64,000 nt of DNA from Felis catus (lineage: Eukaryota). Positions 63,662-64,000 of the stretch are shown here, one piece after another. The DNA lies in NCBI RefSeq assembly GCF_018350175.1, contig NC_058368.1:102302001-102366000 (forward strand). The letters run 5' to 3'. The notes below the pieces were generated by a model. It saw only the letters and a list, made by a program, of their open reading frames with translations. It had not been told where the DNA came from and made no database searches. The position numbers were made by a program, and so were the translations under genes. Within the stretch, counting starts at the first letter, position 1. Each line of letters begins with the position of its first letter.

Positions 63662-63790
63662 CTGAAAATCCAAAATAACTTCCTCACCCCAAACCCTTCT
63701 GGGGATTCCTGACCTAGGAATTATAAAAATTTTAGGTTATCGGACAAGTAGGCATTTCATCTAAAAATCCCCATCTCTGTTTAAACAAAA

Positions 63791-64000
63791 TTTTTTTTAA
63801 TGTTTTCATTTATTTTTGAGACAGAGAGAGACACAGCATGAGCAGGGGAAGGGCAGAGAGAGCGGGAGACACAGAATCCAAAGCAGGCTGCAGACTCGGA
63901 GCTGTCAGTACAGAGCCCGATGAGGGGCTCGAACTCACGGATTGTGAGATCACGACCTGAGCTGAAGTCAGACGCTTCACCGACTGAGCCACCCAGGCGC
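63791..64000 (-). mobile_element. CAN-SINE (runs to window edge)
   Basis: Consensus-like body. Confidence 0.92.

Noticed and set aside
2729..63992. Many near-identical ORFs (GAWVAQSVKRPTSAQVMISRSVSSSPASG...) and tRNA-like A/B boxes
   Set aside because: Translations and Pol III promoters of CAN-SINEs, not genes or tRNAs.

Overview
Mammalian genomic DNA, almost certainly felid: about 35 tRNA-derived CAN-SINEs of the feline SINEC_Fc type, plus L1, L2, MIR, MLT/ERVL LTR and MER relics. It contains no intact protein-coding gene, and most of the supplied ORF track is SINE-derived or noise. Reading the minus strand for splice signals reveals a previously hidden, about 61 kb, ~20-exon decayed gene (about 63661 down to 2.4 kb; its 5' end lies beyond the window). 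Most exons keep AG/GT splice sites, many adjacent exons have matching intron phases, and the reading frames carry scattered stops and frameshifts. The remnant peptides look like a large extracellular glycoprotein with several degenerate C-type lectin domains and a C-terminal SUEL/rhamnose-binding lectin-like domain, i.e. a probable unitary pseudogene whose name I cannot assign. Convergent with it at 650-1156 (+) is the terminal exon of a second gene, which ends in a GPI-anchor-like signal, may include the end of a sushi/CCP domain, and appears frameshifted. Its introns contain repeat-poor, enhancer-like blocks including RFX X-box motifs, several nested or composite SINEs, and a perfect 30-bp minisatellite. 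Domain calls are by eye and need HMM or tblastn confirmation; repeat boundaries are approximate.
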